From NCBI GenBank assembly GCA_964016885.1, contig OZ024740.1, positions 231,570,001-231,634,000 on the forward strand: a DNA stretch of 64,000 nucleotides. The letters are read 5' to 3'. Made by a program: the position numbers and the translations under genes. Below the pieces are notes generated by a model that was not told the DNA's origin, did not search any database, and worked only from the letters and a program-made list of their open reading frames with translations. This document shows, in pieces, positions 11,990 through 25,700 of this stretch. Position 1 is the first letter of the stretch. Each line of letters opens with the position of its first letter. Origin of the DNA: Eledone cirrhosa. Its lineage: Eukaryota.

Positions 11990-14900
11990 TGCTTCTGGTT
12001 TTATAATTTCACAAAGTGTTACCAATAGAGAGAGGATCGGTTTCTAACATAGACACAAGACTCTCTCATTGGAATTTACACAACATCAACTAGGTAGATT
12101 ATGTATGCATGCCTGCATGCATGCATGCATGCATGTGTAGATATGGATGTTATTGTATGTGTGGATGTGGATGTTTTGAGTCGTATGTGTGCATGTGTAT
12201 ATGCTTTGTATCTGTACATGTGTATATGCAGTTATTAGATGCAACATATTTTGAATGTTTCACATATTTTTACTGTTCCATTAATGGATTGTACTTGTAA
12301 TTTCCTAACTAGTTGTGTTCTTTCTCTTCCTTGAAGCCTAGCTTCTCAAGATTTATATTGAGGCAGTTACTGACATACCCCAGTACCCCAATAATCACAG
12401 GCATAAATCTGAAGGTGTAATCAGGGTGGAGTATCTGCATATTTCTCATCAGTTCTGCATAAATATTCTCCTTTTCGCTGATCTTTGATATTATATTGGC
12501 ACATGCTGTACAGCTAACTTCCACTACTGTGTATGCTTTCTTTTCCCTGTCCCATATCATAATATATGGTCTGTTATGTCTGCATTTTATTGGGGTTTTT
12601 ACTGGAACATTCCACCAGTACTCTTTCATATTATGTATATGGATGTCTTCCACATTGCTGTAGCTTTTAATGTGTTTATTATCTGGGCTATCTTTTCTAC
12701 TGATTGCATTGTACAGTGATTTGGCCACTACATCATGCCTCATAGGTAGATAGTACTGCGATGACATCTTTGGACAGCTGCTGATGACATGGGTGACATC
12801 TTCGATGTTAATTCTGCAGAGTCTGCACTTGTTATCACATCTAGGTGTTTTGCCTGCATCCCTATCTCTTTTGTGAATCATATTATTTCATGTTAATTTC
12901 CTGTTCTTGGATTGCAAAAGCGTATCCTTCAAAGTGGAAGCCAATATAGCGGTTGTTGGTCCAAGATAGACTACTTTCCTTATCTATATTACTCTGACTC
13001 TGGAGCTCCTGTCAACATATCCATGCATGCTATTTTGCTGATAAGCATGCAGTTTTTCATCCATGGATTCACTGAGATACAATTGAGCGACTTCCCTGGG
13101 TGTGAGTTTTTGATTATCACACAGGGAATATCTCTCGAGGAGTTCCTTCCCAACTCTCATGATCTGTTTCATGCAGATATACTTGCTCGAGAGACGGACT
13201 CCTACGCTTCGAGGTTCGTAGATGTTGTCGGAGGGATATAATTCAAATGCTGTCTGGACTGATGTTAGGCCTCTGCCTCCCTGCTTACGTTTCAAGTAAA
13301 GGCGGTCTATGTAACTGTTGATGTGGAAGTTTCCGGTGTTGTTTAGTATTTTTCGAGTTCCAACATCAACTGCTCGGATTTCGTCTATCGTCCAATTGAG
13401 TATTACAAACACAGCAAACACATTGTGAGCCACTGTTTTGTTTTGCGCAGAGAGTTCGGATGACTAAATCTTTCTTAATCGGGTGTAGTATTCCCTGGTT
13501 ACGCGTTCCTTATTACAGATACCATTATAGGATATGTTCTCATCTATCCCTAGGTATCTGTAGCAGTCCTCATCAGATATCGGTGAAACAGTTAGGCCAT
13601 TGATGACAATGTTGCTAGATTTGGTTGTTGTTTTTTCCCGCTTTACAGTCATGTATGAGCATTTATCTTGGCCAAACTCAATTCCTATATCCTTTGAGAA
13701 CGCTGTAACCAGGTCAAGATTTTTCTTCATCCCATCCATGTTCTTGGCATAGAGTTTCAGATAATCCACAAAGAAATTATGGGTTAGGTTCGTATTTCTG
13801 TCCTCCGGTGAGCCAATGATGTATCCTTCACATTTCTTGAGCAGAAAGGACAAGGGGTTTAATGACAGGATGAATAATATCACAGAGAGACTGTCTTCCT
13901 GAAATATACCCCTGCGATATTTTCTTTTATCAGTGAAAATAGAGTCCTCCCTCTCTGTCTTTAACCTTAGGATAGTAGCCCAAGAAGACAGCTTCTCTAT
14001 GGCTCTGATAATAATGTCTGGGACTTTAGCAAGTTGGAGGGCCTCTATCATCCAAGTGTGGGGAGCAGAATCGAAAGCTTTCCTATAGTCCAGCCAGACT
14101 GTAGCCATATTCCTCCTAAGTTGTCGCATCTCCGACATCGCAGTTTTGTTGATTAGGAGTTGTTCAGCACATCCCCAAACCCGTTTCTTTCCAGCTGCTT
14201 GTTCATGTGTGATGATGTTATTATTTTCACAGTGATCTTGGAGGAATAGGTTCAGGCACGCTGTATACATCTTATACATCAGGTTCTGGCATGCAATGGG
14301 TCGGTAGTTTTTTTGCCAAGTGGGTATCTTTGTTCTTGGGGACCAGTAATGTTTGTGCTAATGTCAACCATTCTGGTATAAGTGTATCTCCCTTAAGAAC
14401 TTGTTGGTAGTGGTCAGTAAGATACCTCCGATAGAATATCAGTTTTTTGTACCAGTAGCCGACAATCATGTCTCTTCCTGGTGTTTTCTTATATTGGAGT
14501 TTTCCTATCACAGTCTCAAGGGTACCCTCACTTATTTCGTATGTTTTTGTTGTAGTGTAGGAGCAATAGTTATTTCGGATTTCTCTTAGCCACACTGCAT
14601 CTTGGTCGAAATTCTTCTTTTCACCCCATATTTTTCTCCAAAAGGAATCTATGTCTTTCTGGGATGGGGCCTCAGTGACACTTATTATTTTGCCATTCAT
14701 ATCTCTATAGATTAATGTTTGGTTTCGTCCGAATCTTTTATTAAGCACTTTTCTTTCATCTACCTTCTTCAGGTATCGGCGTTTCTCGCTAACAACTCTC
14801 AATTCTTGTTTGAGGGTGATCAGCTTATATTGAAGAGTTCTGGTTCTACTGTTACCAAACATCGTCTTTATTTTATTTTTCACACTTTGTTGGTGAGGAG

Positions 14901-16240
14901 TGAGGTCTTTTTGTGTTTGTTTTCAAGTAAGGAGCATTGTCACATATCCTATGGTTTTTCGTAGGTCAGCAATCTTTTTTTTCTATTTTAGTTATATATG
15001 ATGGTATTTTTGGTTGTGTTTTGTTCTTGTTAATATCCCTGCTATCACCAAGATAATGCTTCACTGTCGTTGCTAAGGCATATAAGCAGGCGTTGATTTG
15101 CCAATAGATTGGGGTTTTTATCCGTCGTAAATATTCATCCCCTATTTCGTCAATAACACGTAATATTTCATTATTTGTTTTTTTATTGGGCGGTGGATTG
15201 GCAGTATCGGTAGAGGGTCGGACGCCATGTTTTCCAGCATAGTTACGTCCCTTTACGATCTGAGTTCAAATCCCGCCGAGGTTCACTTTGCCTTTCATCC
15301 TTACGGGGTCGATAAAATAAAGTACCAGTAATGCACTGGGTAATTGCTGGCCTTGTGCCTAAAGTAGAAACAATTATTTGTTTTTTTATTAAATATTGTT
15401 GTTTTAATACGTTCAGCAAGAGAGATATTTATTAATTTCTCTCTGGAAGATTTCGTTGAGGGAAATTTTCAATTGTTTATACTTTTGATTATTATCATTA
15501 TCGATAGTATTTTCCACAACAGTCGAGGTAGACTCGAATGGTACACGTGGTGTCAAATTTCTTCGATTATTATTATTATTTCTTCGATTATTATTATTAT
15601 CGATAGTATTTTCCCCAGCATTCGAGATAGACTTAGATGGTAAACGTGGTGTCAAGTTTCCTACAGGCATAGTTGATTCAAGGCACTGTTCGACCTGGCT
15701 GCTAGGAAGTCTAGTAGCACGTGTTGTTGATTCCATGTTTGTTGTGGGGGACTTGCAATTAATAATATTTATCTTAATTTTACATTTAACGAACGTCGCT
15801 TGTTGGCGTAATTGTTTCGCTGTGAAATAATTTAGCTCTGGGTGTATTTCGTCCCAGTGTAGCTTCATTCTGTTCATATAGCCAATGGAGGGATTGATTT
15901 TTGACATTTTATAACAATTAAATAAATCATCATTAAGTTCGCAACTCCAAGAGAAATGCGTTTTATAAATTCCGTTTCTTCTGTAGCTACAACTGAATAA
16001 ATTTTGTTTACCTTTCTCGTTGTTGTTTTTCTTCGGTATTCCACTGATATTGTTTATTGTTGATGTTGTGTTCAACCATGCTGTTTGTAGCAAATCCTTG
16101 TAAAATGAATTATGTATTTAATCGGATATCTCCACGAATTCGAATAAAAGGTGTCTTCAAGAGATATTGTTAGAAGAATAGCCAGTTATTCAACATGACT
16201 GTAGTTGTGGCATTACTGTCGGAGATAGTATTCATCTTAA
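11990..16240 (-). mobile_element. Near full-length but frameshifted R4/Dong-like non-LTR retrotransposon (N-terminal domain, RT, CCHC, restriction-like endonuclease)
   Basis: ORF pieces 15413..16093, 14272..14883 (FWRKIW, PGRDMIVGYWYK), 13464..14279 (WLDYRKAFDS.PH, RGIFQEDSLS, HNFFVDYLKLYA), 12984..13433 (RLYL.R..GGRGL) and 12309..12881 (CRLC...H....C, RHD, RP.I.I.D...VEV). A SINE is inserted at 15188. Confidence 0.9.
15188..15376 (+). mobile_element. tRNA-derived SINE inserted in the R4/Dong element
   Basis: A-box-like tggcagtatcggtag, B-box-like gagttcaaatccc, core gcctttcatccttacggggtcgataaaataaagtaccag shared with >15 copies in the window. Confidence 0.85.
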
Positions 16241-16271
16241 ATTTAATAAATATATATATATATATATATAT

Positions 16272-16475
16272 ATAGGAACGAGTAGGACCCCGACGGCTGA
16301 GCTCAAGCCGTTTCGGCGGCTAATTCTGGACTCAATTCAGTCCAGAATTAGCCGTCGAAACGGCTTGAGCTCAGCCGTCGGGGTCCTACTCGTTCCTATT
16401 ACCCACTCTACTACCCTAAGTATTGAGTACTTTGGTGCGTTATGGTCCACTTGGTTCCTTACCACATTTCCTTCG

Positions 16476-16478
<3 letters not shown>
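16272..16478 (+). mobile_element. ~200-bp fold-back element in (TA)n carrying the 3' half of a hammerhead; family of ~6 copies
   Basis: Palindrome ataggaacgagtaggacc...ggtcctactcgttcctat plus a unique tail ending ttccttcgtta. Copies at 39183, 39406, 51497, 53513 and 61194. Confidence 0.8.
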
Positions 16479-16509
<31 letters not shown>

Positions 16510-16736
16510 GAATAATCGAGTATCGAAAAATCGGCTAACGAGTTCACGATAAACAAATTCGACATGAGTGGCAGAGGGCTCAATAATTCAGATAAATCAG
16601 AGCTATAACTATCGTTAAAATGCCAACACACAAAGATTATGTCTAAAATCACCCATACGACCGAAAAATTACGATCAGGAAGATTCGGGTCACTCAGATA
16701 AAATATCAATAAATCAATAAATCATATGAATGTAAT

Positions 16737-17738
16737 ATATAAGTTAAAACAATGAAATAAAAAATCAAGTCATTAGAGATATATTTCACTGCTTATTCGA
16801 CATTTTATGACTCCGATGTCCTTTTTTTTCTTTTTTTTTCTCTAATAAATCCATTTGAGAAGGATGTTCAAGAACACAGAATAGACATTTCTGTTCATAT
16901 ATAACAGTTTGCCGACTAGACAGAAAGCCTTTTAGATGGTAATAGTAGGAAGGAAAAAATGGCTAGAGACTGCCAATGTGTAGGTGTGTGTTAGTAGGCG
17001 AGCAATGACATGTACCCACTAATAACAGCGCTATGTTTTTTTTTCGTTTTTTTTTTTATTGTCATCATCGTGGCTTTAATTTTGTGGTATCAAGCGCAGG
17101 CATGGTGATGTTGGCACACGAGCAGTTGGAAGAAGGTTGACTGATCAACCTAAGCCAACACTCATACTGTGGTACTTCTGCAACCCTGGATAATTGGACG
17201 TGCATATTCCTCAAAGTCATCGATAAGTACTGGCCAAGCACCTTCTTCGTCATAGTTACTCATGTCATAGTTAATCATATTACAGAAATCTAATAGGAGG
17301 TTGTTCCATGTGTCTTTTGGCTTAGGTTGATCAGTCAACCTTCTTCCTACTGCTCGTGTGCCAACATCACTATGCCTGCGCTTGATACCACACAATTAAA
17401 GCCACGATGATGACAATAAAAAAAAAACCCCAAAAAATCATAGTGCTGTTATTAGGGGGTACATGTCATTGCTCGCCTACTAACACACACCTACACATTG
17501 GCAGTCTCTAGCCATTTTTTCCTTCCTACTATTACCATCTAAAAGGATTTCTGTCTAGTCGGCAAACTGTTATATATGAACAGAAATTTCTATTCTGTGT
17601 TCTTGAACATCCTTCTCAAATGGATTTATTAGAGAAAAAAAAAAGAAAAAAAAGGACATCGGAGTCATAAAATGTCGAATAAGCAGTGAAGTATATCTCT
17701 AATGACTTGATTTTTTATTTCATTGTTTTAACTTATAT
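16737..17738. repeat. Large inverted repeat: ~420-bp arms (16737-17158 / 17317-17738) with a ~158-bp spacer
   Basis: atataagttaaaacaatg...aacctaagccaa is the reverse complement of ttggcttaggtt...cattgttttaacttatat with scattered mismatches. Confidence 0.9.
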
Positions 17739-17875
17739 CATGACTATTTTCCTTTTAATGTTTTATTGTTTTCCGGGATTTATCTTAACCTATAACATAT
17801 TCAACATATGGATTACACCGAGTTCTTCATGCAGAATAGACCCCACAACTTACTGTGGATACCTCTGTGTGTGTG

Positions 17876-17938
<63 letters not shown>

Positions 17939-17998
17939 GAGTGTGTATGATTGTGTATAGAAATAGAAGATTATATTAATAAAAGGAATTCCAACTTG

Positions 17999-18029
<31 letters not shown>

Positions 18030-18246
18030 GAATTCTTTTACAATGGAATTAGCTCGAAGGAGGAAATACCCCTGAGCCGTGTATAAACTAATATATATGA
18101 TGAAACACAGATACCAACACATCTGTATTTATATTGCAAAAGAAAATTTAGCCAGAATGAAGTATACTAATTATTATACTACAGCTTGTCCATATCGATT
18201 TAAAATAATAAATCAACAAAGACGAACTGCATTGCCAAATGGCTAT

Positions 18247-18374
18247 GATGTTTAGACACATTTAAATTTCAAAATCAAACCTGTTCCGTAGATAAGTTTA
18301 AACTTTAAAATCCAAATATGTTTCGAGATAAATAAGTGTAGGAATATCATGTCCTGCTCTCCTCAGTAAACATC
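18247..18374 (-). ncRNA. Type I hammerhead with an extended helix II and a very long helix III
   Basis: Minus strand: GAUGUUUA-CUGAGGA-GAG...CUC-GAAA-CAUAUUUGGAUUUUAAA...UUUGAAAUUUAAAUGU-GUC-UAAACAUC; 8-bp perfect helix I. Confidence 0.82.
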
Positions 18375-18757
18375 CAGGGACAAATTGATATGCTTCACTT
18401 CTAAATAATTTAAAAGACTGTGTAACGCACGTGGTATTACAGTTTCTAGCCAGTCTCATAATCGTACTGCTAGAAATAACAGTCGTATATATGAGGCGAC
18501 GTTCAGCTCAGACTAGGAGCAGTTATATTATTAAGTGTAATGAATTCTTTTACAATGGAATTAGCTCGAAGGAGGAAATACCCCTGAGCCGTGTATAAAC
18601 TAATATATATGATGAAACACAGATACCAACACATCTGTATTTATATTGCAAAAGAAAATTTAGCCAGATGAAGTATACTAATTATTATACTACAGCTTGT
18701 CCATATCGATTTAAAATAATAAATCAACAAAGACGAACTGCATTGCCAAATGGCTAT

Positions 18758-18885
18758 GATGTTTAGACACATTTAAATTTCAAAACCAAACCTGTTCCGT
18801 AGATAAGTTTAAACTTTAAAATCCAAATATGTTTCGAGATAAATAAGTGTAGGAATATCATGTCCTGCTCTCCTCAGTAAACATC
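18758..18885 (-). ncRNA. Second copy of the long-helix-III hammerhead
   Basis: Near-identical to 18247-18374. Confidence 0.82.
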
Positions 18886-18896
18886 CAGGGACAAAT

Positions 18897-19058
<162 letters not shown>

Positions 19059-19065
19059 GAATATA

Positions 19066-19420
19066 TGATGGCTGCCCCCTCGTTATCGATTATGGCCATT
19101 GCACGATATACCATTATTAATAATTATTAATTAATTCTATCGCGCAATGCCTGTGCGAGAAGATATTTTTTAAAGTGAGGAAAGACTGTGCACTGAGCCA
19201 ATTCCACTCTCTGAGCGACAGTAGCTATAACCCGAAAACAACAAAAGATCAACATCATCGGTAACTACTGAGCCGCAGGTTTTATATCGGAGTTATCCCA
19301 GTTTCCTGAGTTGCCTTCTCCTAGAAGAATGCTCTGACAAAGGCTAGGGGTTCTTCACTCCCAGTGGTTTAACTGCGCGATCGGGTGTCTAGCCCGACTA
19401 TCTTCATGTCCCCGCGCATA
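19066..19420 (-). mobile_element. Short dispersed repeat, possibly an RTE-associated SINE/UTR fragment
   Basis: The end tgatggctgccccctcgttatcgattatggccattgca recurs in diverged form at ~2843 and ~8891. Confidence 0.45.
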
Positions 19421-19724
19421 TACATACACATCACCCATGTATATACACATATACACATACATACATATGTACATGTGTATATACATATTTACACACTTTT
19501 GGATGGCCGTTGACTCTTATGAGTTCTTTCACCCTTTGTCAGGTTTTGTTTTTTGTCCTGCAGGGTGTCCAAAATCACCCTCCTCACCAAGCAATCTTGG
19601 AGGGGTTGCCGGTTTAGTCGCCGACGGACTGACCATGCGACAGGTTGTACTGGATTGCATGTTACCAGTAGCACTGAAGAGTGACCCGACATAATACATA
19701 TACATACATACATACATACATACA

Positions 19725-19780
<56 letters not shown>

Positions 19781-19786
<6 letters not shown>

Positions 19787-22700
19787 TAGAATATTCGAAA
19801 ATATTCTGTATGTTTATAATAAACATTTTGAAGACCTAATCGCTATAGAATAGAATACGTCACGTATTACAATTAGATTCTCGATAAAAGCAAGGGAAGT
19901 AATCTACGCGTTTCATTCTTGTTAGAATTCATCAGGACTACATATCCAGTGCTTTTATCGAGAATGACACAGCTAGAGACTTATAGAATACTTAGCTGTG
20001 TACAGGAACTGGTTTGAAAGAGCGGTTGCCGGTCCGGCAGAAATTAGAAATTGGAATAAATGCTCTGAAATAGCGATATATATGTGAATATAGACATAGA
20101 ATATTCGAAAATATTCTGTATGTTTATAATAAACATTTTGAAGACCTAATCGCTATAGAATAGAATACGTCACGTATTACAATTAGATTCTCGATAAAAG
20201 CAAGGGAAGTAATCTACGCGTTTCATTCTTGTTAGAATTCATCAGGACTACATATCCAGTGCTTTTATCGAGAATGACACAGCTAGAGACTTATAGAATA
20301 CTTAGCTGTGTACAGGAACTGGTTTGAAAGAGCGGTTGCCGGTCCGGCAGAAATTAGAAATTGGAATAAATGCTCTGAAATAGCGATATATATGTGAATA
20401 TAGACATAGAATATTCGAAAATATTCTGTATGTTTATAATAAACATTTTGAAGACCTAATCGCTATAGAATAGAATACGTCACGTATTACAATTAGATTC
20501 TCGATAAAAGCAAGGGAAGTAATCTACGCGTTTCATTCTTGTTAGAATTCATCAGGACTACATATCCAGTGCTTTTATCGAGAATGACACAGCTAGAGAC
20601 TTATAGAATACTTAGCTGTGTACAGGAACTGGTTTGAAAGAGCGGTTGCCGGTCCGGCAGAAATTAGAAATTGGAATAAATGCTCTGAAATAGCGATATA
20701 TATGTGAATATAGACATAGAATATTCGAAAATATTCTGTATGTTTATAATAAACATTTTGAAGACCTAATCGCTATAGAATAGAATACGTCACGTATTAC
20801 AATTAGATTCTCGATAAAAGCAAGGGAAGTAATCTACGCGTTTCATTCTTGTTAGAATTCATCAGGACTACATATCCAGTGCTTTTATCGAGAATGACAC
20901 AGCTAGAGACTTATAGAATACTTAGCTGTGTACAGGAACTGGTTTGAAAGAGCGGTTGCCGGTCCGGCAGAAATTAGAAATTGGAATAAATGCTCTGAAA
21001 TAGCGATATATATGTGAATATAGACATAGAATATTCGAAAATATTCTGTATGTTTATAATAAACATTTTGAAGACCTAATCGCTATAGAATAGAATACGT
21101 CACGTATTACAATTAGATTCTCGATAAAAGCAAGGGAAGTAATCTACGCGTTTCATTCTTGTTAGAATTCATCAGGACTACATATCCAGTGCTTTTATCG
21201 AGAATGACACAGCTAGAGACTTATAGAATACTTAGCTGTGTACAGGAACTGGTTTGAAAGAGCGGTTGCCGGTCCGGCAGAAATTAGAAATTGGAATAAA
21301 TGCTCTGAAATAGCGATATATATGTGAATATAGACATAGAATATTCGAAAATATTCTGTATGTTTATAATAAACATTTTGAAGACCTAATCGCTATAGAA
21401 TAGAATACGTCACGTATTACAATTAGATTCTCGATAAAAGCAAGGGAAGTAATCTACGCGTTTCATTCTTGTTAGAATTCATCAGGACTACATATCCAGT
21501 GCTTTTATCGAGAATGACACAGCTAGAGACTTATAGAATACTTAGCTGTGTACAGGAACTGGTTTGAAAGAGCGGTTGCCGGTCCGGCAGAAATTAGAAA
21601 TTGGAATAAATGCTCTGAAATAGCGATATATATGTGAATATAGACATAGAATATTCGAAAATATTCTGTATGTTTATAATAAACATTTTGAAGACCTAAT
21701 CGCTATAGAATAGAATACGTCACGTATTACAATTAGATTCTCGATAAAAGCAAGGGAAGTAATCTACGCGTTTCATTCTTGTTAGAATTCATCAGGACTA
21801 CATATCCAGTGCTTTTATCGAGAATGACACAGCTAGAGACTTATAGAATACTTAGCTGTGTACAGGAACTGGTTTGAAAGAGCGGTTGCCGGTCCGGCAG
21901 AAATTAGAAATTGGAATAAATGCTCTGAAATAGCGATATATATGTGAATATAGACATAGAATATTCGAAAATATTCTGTATGTTTATAATAAACATTTTG
22001 AAGACCTAATCGCTATAGAATAGAATACGTCACGTATTACAATTAGATTCTCGATAAAAGCAAGGGAAGTAATCTACGCGTTTCATTCTTGTTAGAATTC
22101 ATCAGGACTACATATCCAGTGCTTTTATCGAGAATGACACAGCTAGAGACTTATAGAATACTTAGCTGTGTACAGGAACTGGTTTGAAAGAGCGGTTGCC
22201 GGTCCGGCAGAAATTAGAAATTGGAATAAATGCTCTGAAATAGCGATATATATGTGAATATAGACATAGAATATTCGAAAATATTCTGTATGTTTATAAT
22301 AAACATTTTGAAGACCTAATCGCTATAGAATAGAATACGTCACGTATTACAATTAGATTCTCGATAAAAGCAAGGGAAGTAATCTACGCGTTTCATTCTT
22401 GTTAGAATTCATCAGGACTACATATCCAGTGCTTTTATCGAGAATGACACAGCTAGAGACTTATAGAATACTTAGCTGTGTACAGGAACTGGTTTGAAAG
22501 AGCGGTTGCCGGTCCGGCAGAAATTAGAAATTGGAATAAATGCTCTGAAATAGCGATATATATGTGAATATAGACATAGAATATTCGAAAATATTCTGTA
22601 TGTTTATAATAAACATTTTGAAGACCTAATCGCTATAGAATAGAATACGTCACGTATTACAATTAGATTCTCGATAAAAGCAAGGGAAGTAATCTACGCG

Positions 22701-25700
22701 TTTCATTCTTGTTAGAATTCATCAGGACTACATATCCAGTGCTTTTATCGAGAATGACACAGCTAGAGACTTATAGAATACTTAGCTGTGTACAGGAACT
22801 GGTTTGAAAGAGCGGTTGCCGGTCCGGCAGAAATTAGAAATTGGAATAAATGCTCTGAAATAGCGATATATATGTGAATATAGACATAGAATATTCGAAA
22901 ATATTCTGTATGTTTATAATAAACATTTTGAAGACCTAATCGCTATAGAATAGAATACGTCACGTATTACAATTAGATTCTCGATAAAAGCAAGGGAAGT
23001 AATCTACGCGTTTCATTCTTGTTAGAATTCATCAGGACTACATATCCAGTGCTTTTATCGAGAATGACACAGCTAGAGACTTATAGAATACTTAGCTGTG
23101 TACAGGAACTGGTTTGAAAGAGCGGTTGCCGGTCCGGCAGAAATTAGAAATTGGAATAAATGCTCTGAAATAGCGATATATATGTGAATATAGACATAGA
23201 ATATTCGAAAATATTCTGTATGTTTATAATAAACATTTTGAAGACCTAATCGCTATAGAATAGAATACGTCACGTATTACAATTAGATTCTCGATAAAAG
23301 CAAGGGAAGTAATCTAAGCGTTTCATTCTTGTTAGAATTCATCAGGACTACATATCCAGTGCTTTTATCGAGAATGACACAGCTAGAGACTTATAGAATA
23401 CTTAGCTGTGTACAGGAACTGGTTTGAAAGAGCGGTTGCCGGTCCGGCAGAAATTAGAAATTGGAATAAATGCTCTGAAATAGCGATATATATGTGAATA
23501 TAGACATAGAATATTCGAAAATATTCTGTATGTTTATAATAAACATTTTGAAGACCTAATCGCTATAGAATAGAATACGTCACGTATTACAATTAGATTC
23601 TCGATAAAAGCAAGGGAAGTAATCTACGCGTTTCATTCTTGTTAGAATTCATCAGGACTACATATCCAGTGCTTTTATCGAGAATGACACAGCTAGAGAC
23701 TTATAGAATACTTAGCTGTGTACAGGAACTGGTTTGAAAGAGCGGTTGCCGGTCCGGCAGAAATTAGAAATTGGAATAAATGCTCTGAAATAGCGATATA
23801 TATGTGAATATAGACATAGAATATTCGAAAATATTCTGTATGTTTATAATAAACATTTTGAAGACCTAATCGCTATAGAATAGAATACGTCACGTATTAC
23901 AATTAGATTCTCGATAAAAGCAAGGGAAGTAATCTACGCGTTTCATTCTTGTTAGAATTCATCAGGACTACATATCCAGTGCTTTTATCGAGAATGACAC
24001 AGCTAGAGACTTATAGAATACTTAGCTGTGTACAGGAACTGGTTTGAAAGAGCGGTTGCCGGTCCGGCAGAAATTAGAAATTGGAATAAATGCTCTGAAA
24101 TAGCGATATATATGTGAATATAGACATAGAATATTCGAAAATATTCTGTATGTTTATAATAAACATTTTGAAGACCTAATCGCTATAGAATAGAATACGT
24201 CACGTATTACAATTAGATTCTCGATAAAAGCAAGGGAAGTAATCTACGCGTTTCATTCTTGTTAGAATTCATCAGGACTACATATCCAGTGCTTTTATCG
24301 AGAATGACACAGCTAGAGACTTATAGAATACTTAGCTGTGTACAGGAACTGGTTTGAAAGAGCGGTTGCCGGTCCGGCAGAAATTAGAAATTGGAATAAA
24401 TGCTCTGAAATAGCGATATATATGTGAATATAGACATAGAATATTCGAAAATATTCTGTATGTTTATAATAAACATTTTGAAGACCTAATCGCTATAGAA
24501 TAGAATACGTCACGTATTACAATTAGATTCTCGATAAAAGCAAGGGAAGTAATCTACGCGTTTCATTCTTGTTAGAATTCATCAGGACTACATATCCAGT
24601 GCTTTTATCGAGAATGACACAGCTAGAGACTTATAGAATACTTAGCTGTGTACAGGAACTGGTTTGAAAGAGCGGTTGCCGGTCCGGCAGAAATTAGAAA
24701 TTGGAATAAATGCTCTGAAATAGCGATATATATGTGAATATAGACATAGAATATTCGAAAATATTCTGTATGTTTATAATAAACATTTTGAAGACCTAAT
24801 CGCTATAGAATAGAATACGTCACGTATTACAATTAGATTCTCGATAAAAGCAAGGGAAGTAATCTACGCGTTTCATTCTTGTTAGAATTCATCAGGACTA
24901 CATATCCAGTGCTTTTATCGAGAATGACACAGCTAGAGACTTATAGAATACTTAGCTGTGTACAGGAACTGGTTTGAAAGAGCGGTTGCCGGTCCGGCAG
25001 AAATTAGAAATTGGAATAAATGCTCTGAAATAGCGATATATATGTGAATATAGACATAGAATATTCGAAAATATTCTGTATGTTTATAATAAACATTTTG
25101 AAGACCTAATCGCTATAGAATAGAATACGTCACGTATTACAATTAGATTCTCGATAAAAGCAAGGGAAGTAATCTACGCGTTTCATTCTTGTTAGAATTC
25201 ATCAGGACTACATATCCAGTGCTTTTATCGAGAATGACACAGCTAGAGACTTATAGAATACTTAGCTGTGTACAGGAACTGGTTTGAAAGAGCGGTTGCC
25301 GGTCCGGCAGAAATTAGAAATTGGAATAAATGCTCTGAAATAGCGATATATATGTGAATATAGACATAGAATATTCGAAAATATTCTGTATGTTTATAAT
25401 AAACATTTTGAAGACCTAATCGCTATAGAATAGAATACGTCACGTATTACAATTAGATTCTCGATAAAAGCAAGGGAAGTAATCTACGCGTTTCATTCTT
25501 GTTAGAATTCATCAGGACTACATATCCAGTGCTTTTATCGAGAATGACACAGCTAGAGACTTATAGAATACTTAGCTGTGTACAGGAACTGGTTTGAAAG
25601 AGCGGTTGCCGGTCCGGCAGAAATTAGAAATTGGAATAAATGCTCTGAAATAGCGATATATATGTGAATATAGACATAGAATATTCGAAAATATTCTGTA

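Noticed and set aside
15188-15290. SINE heads as tRNA genes
   Set aside because: Only A/B-box similarity, no convincing cloverleaf, and always followed by the SINE core.
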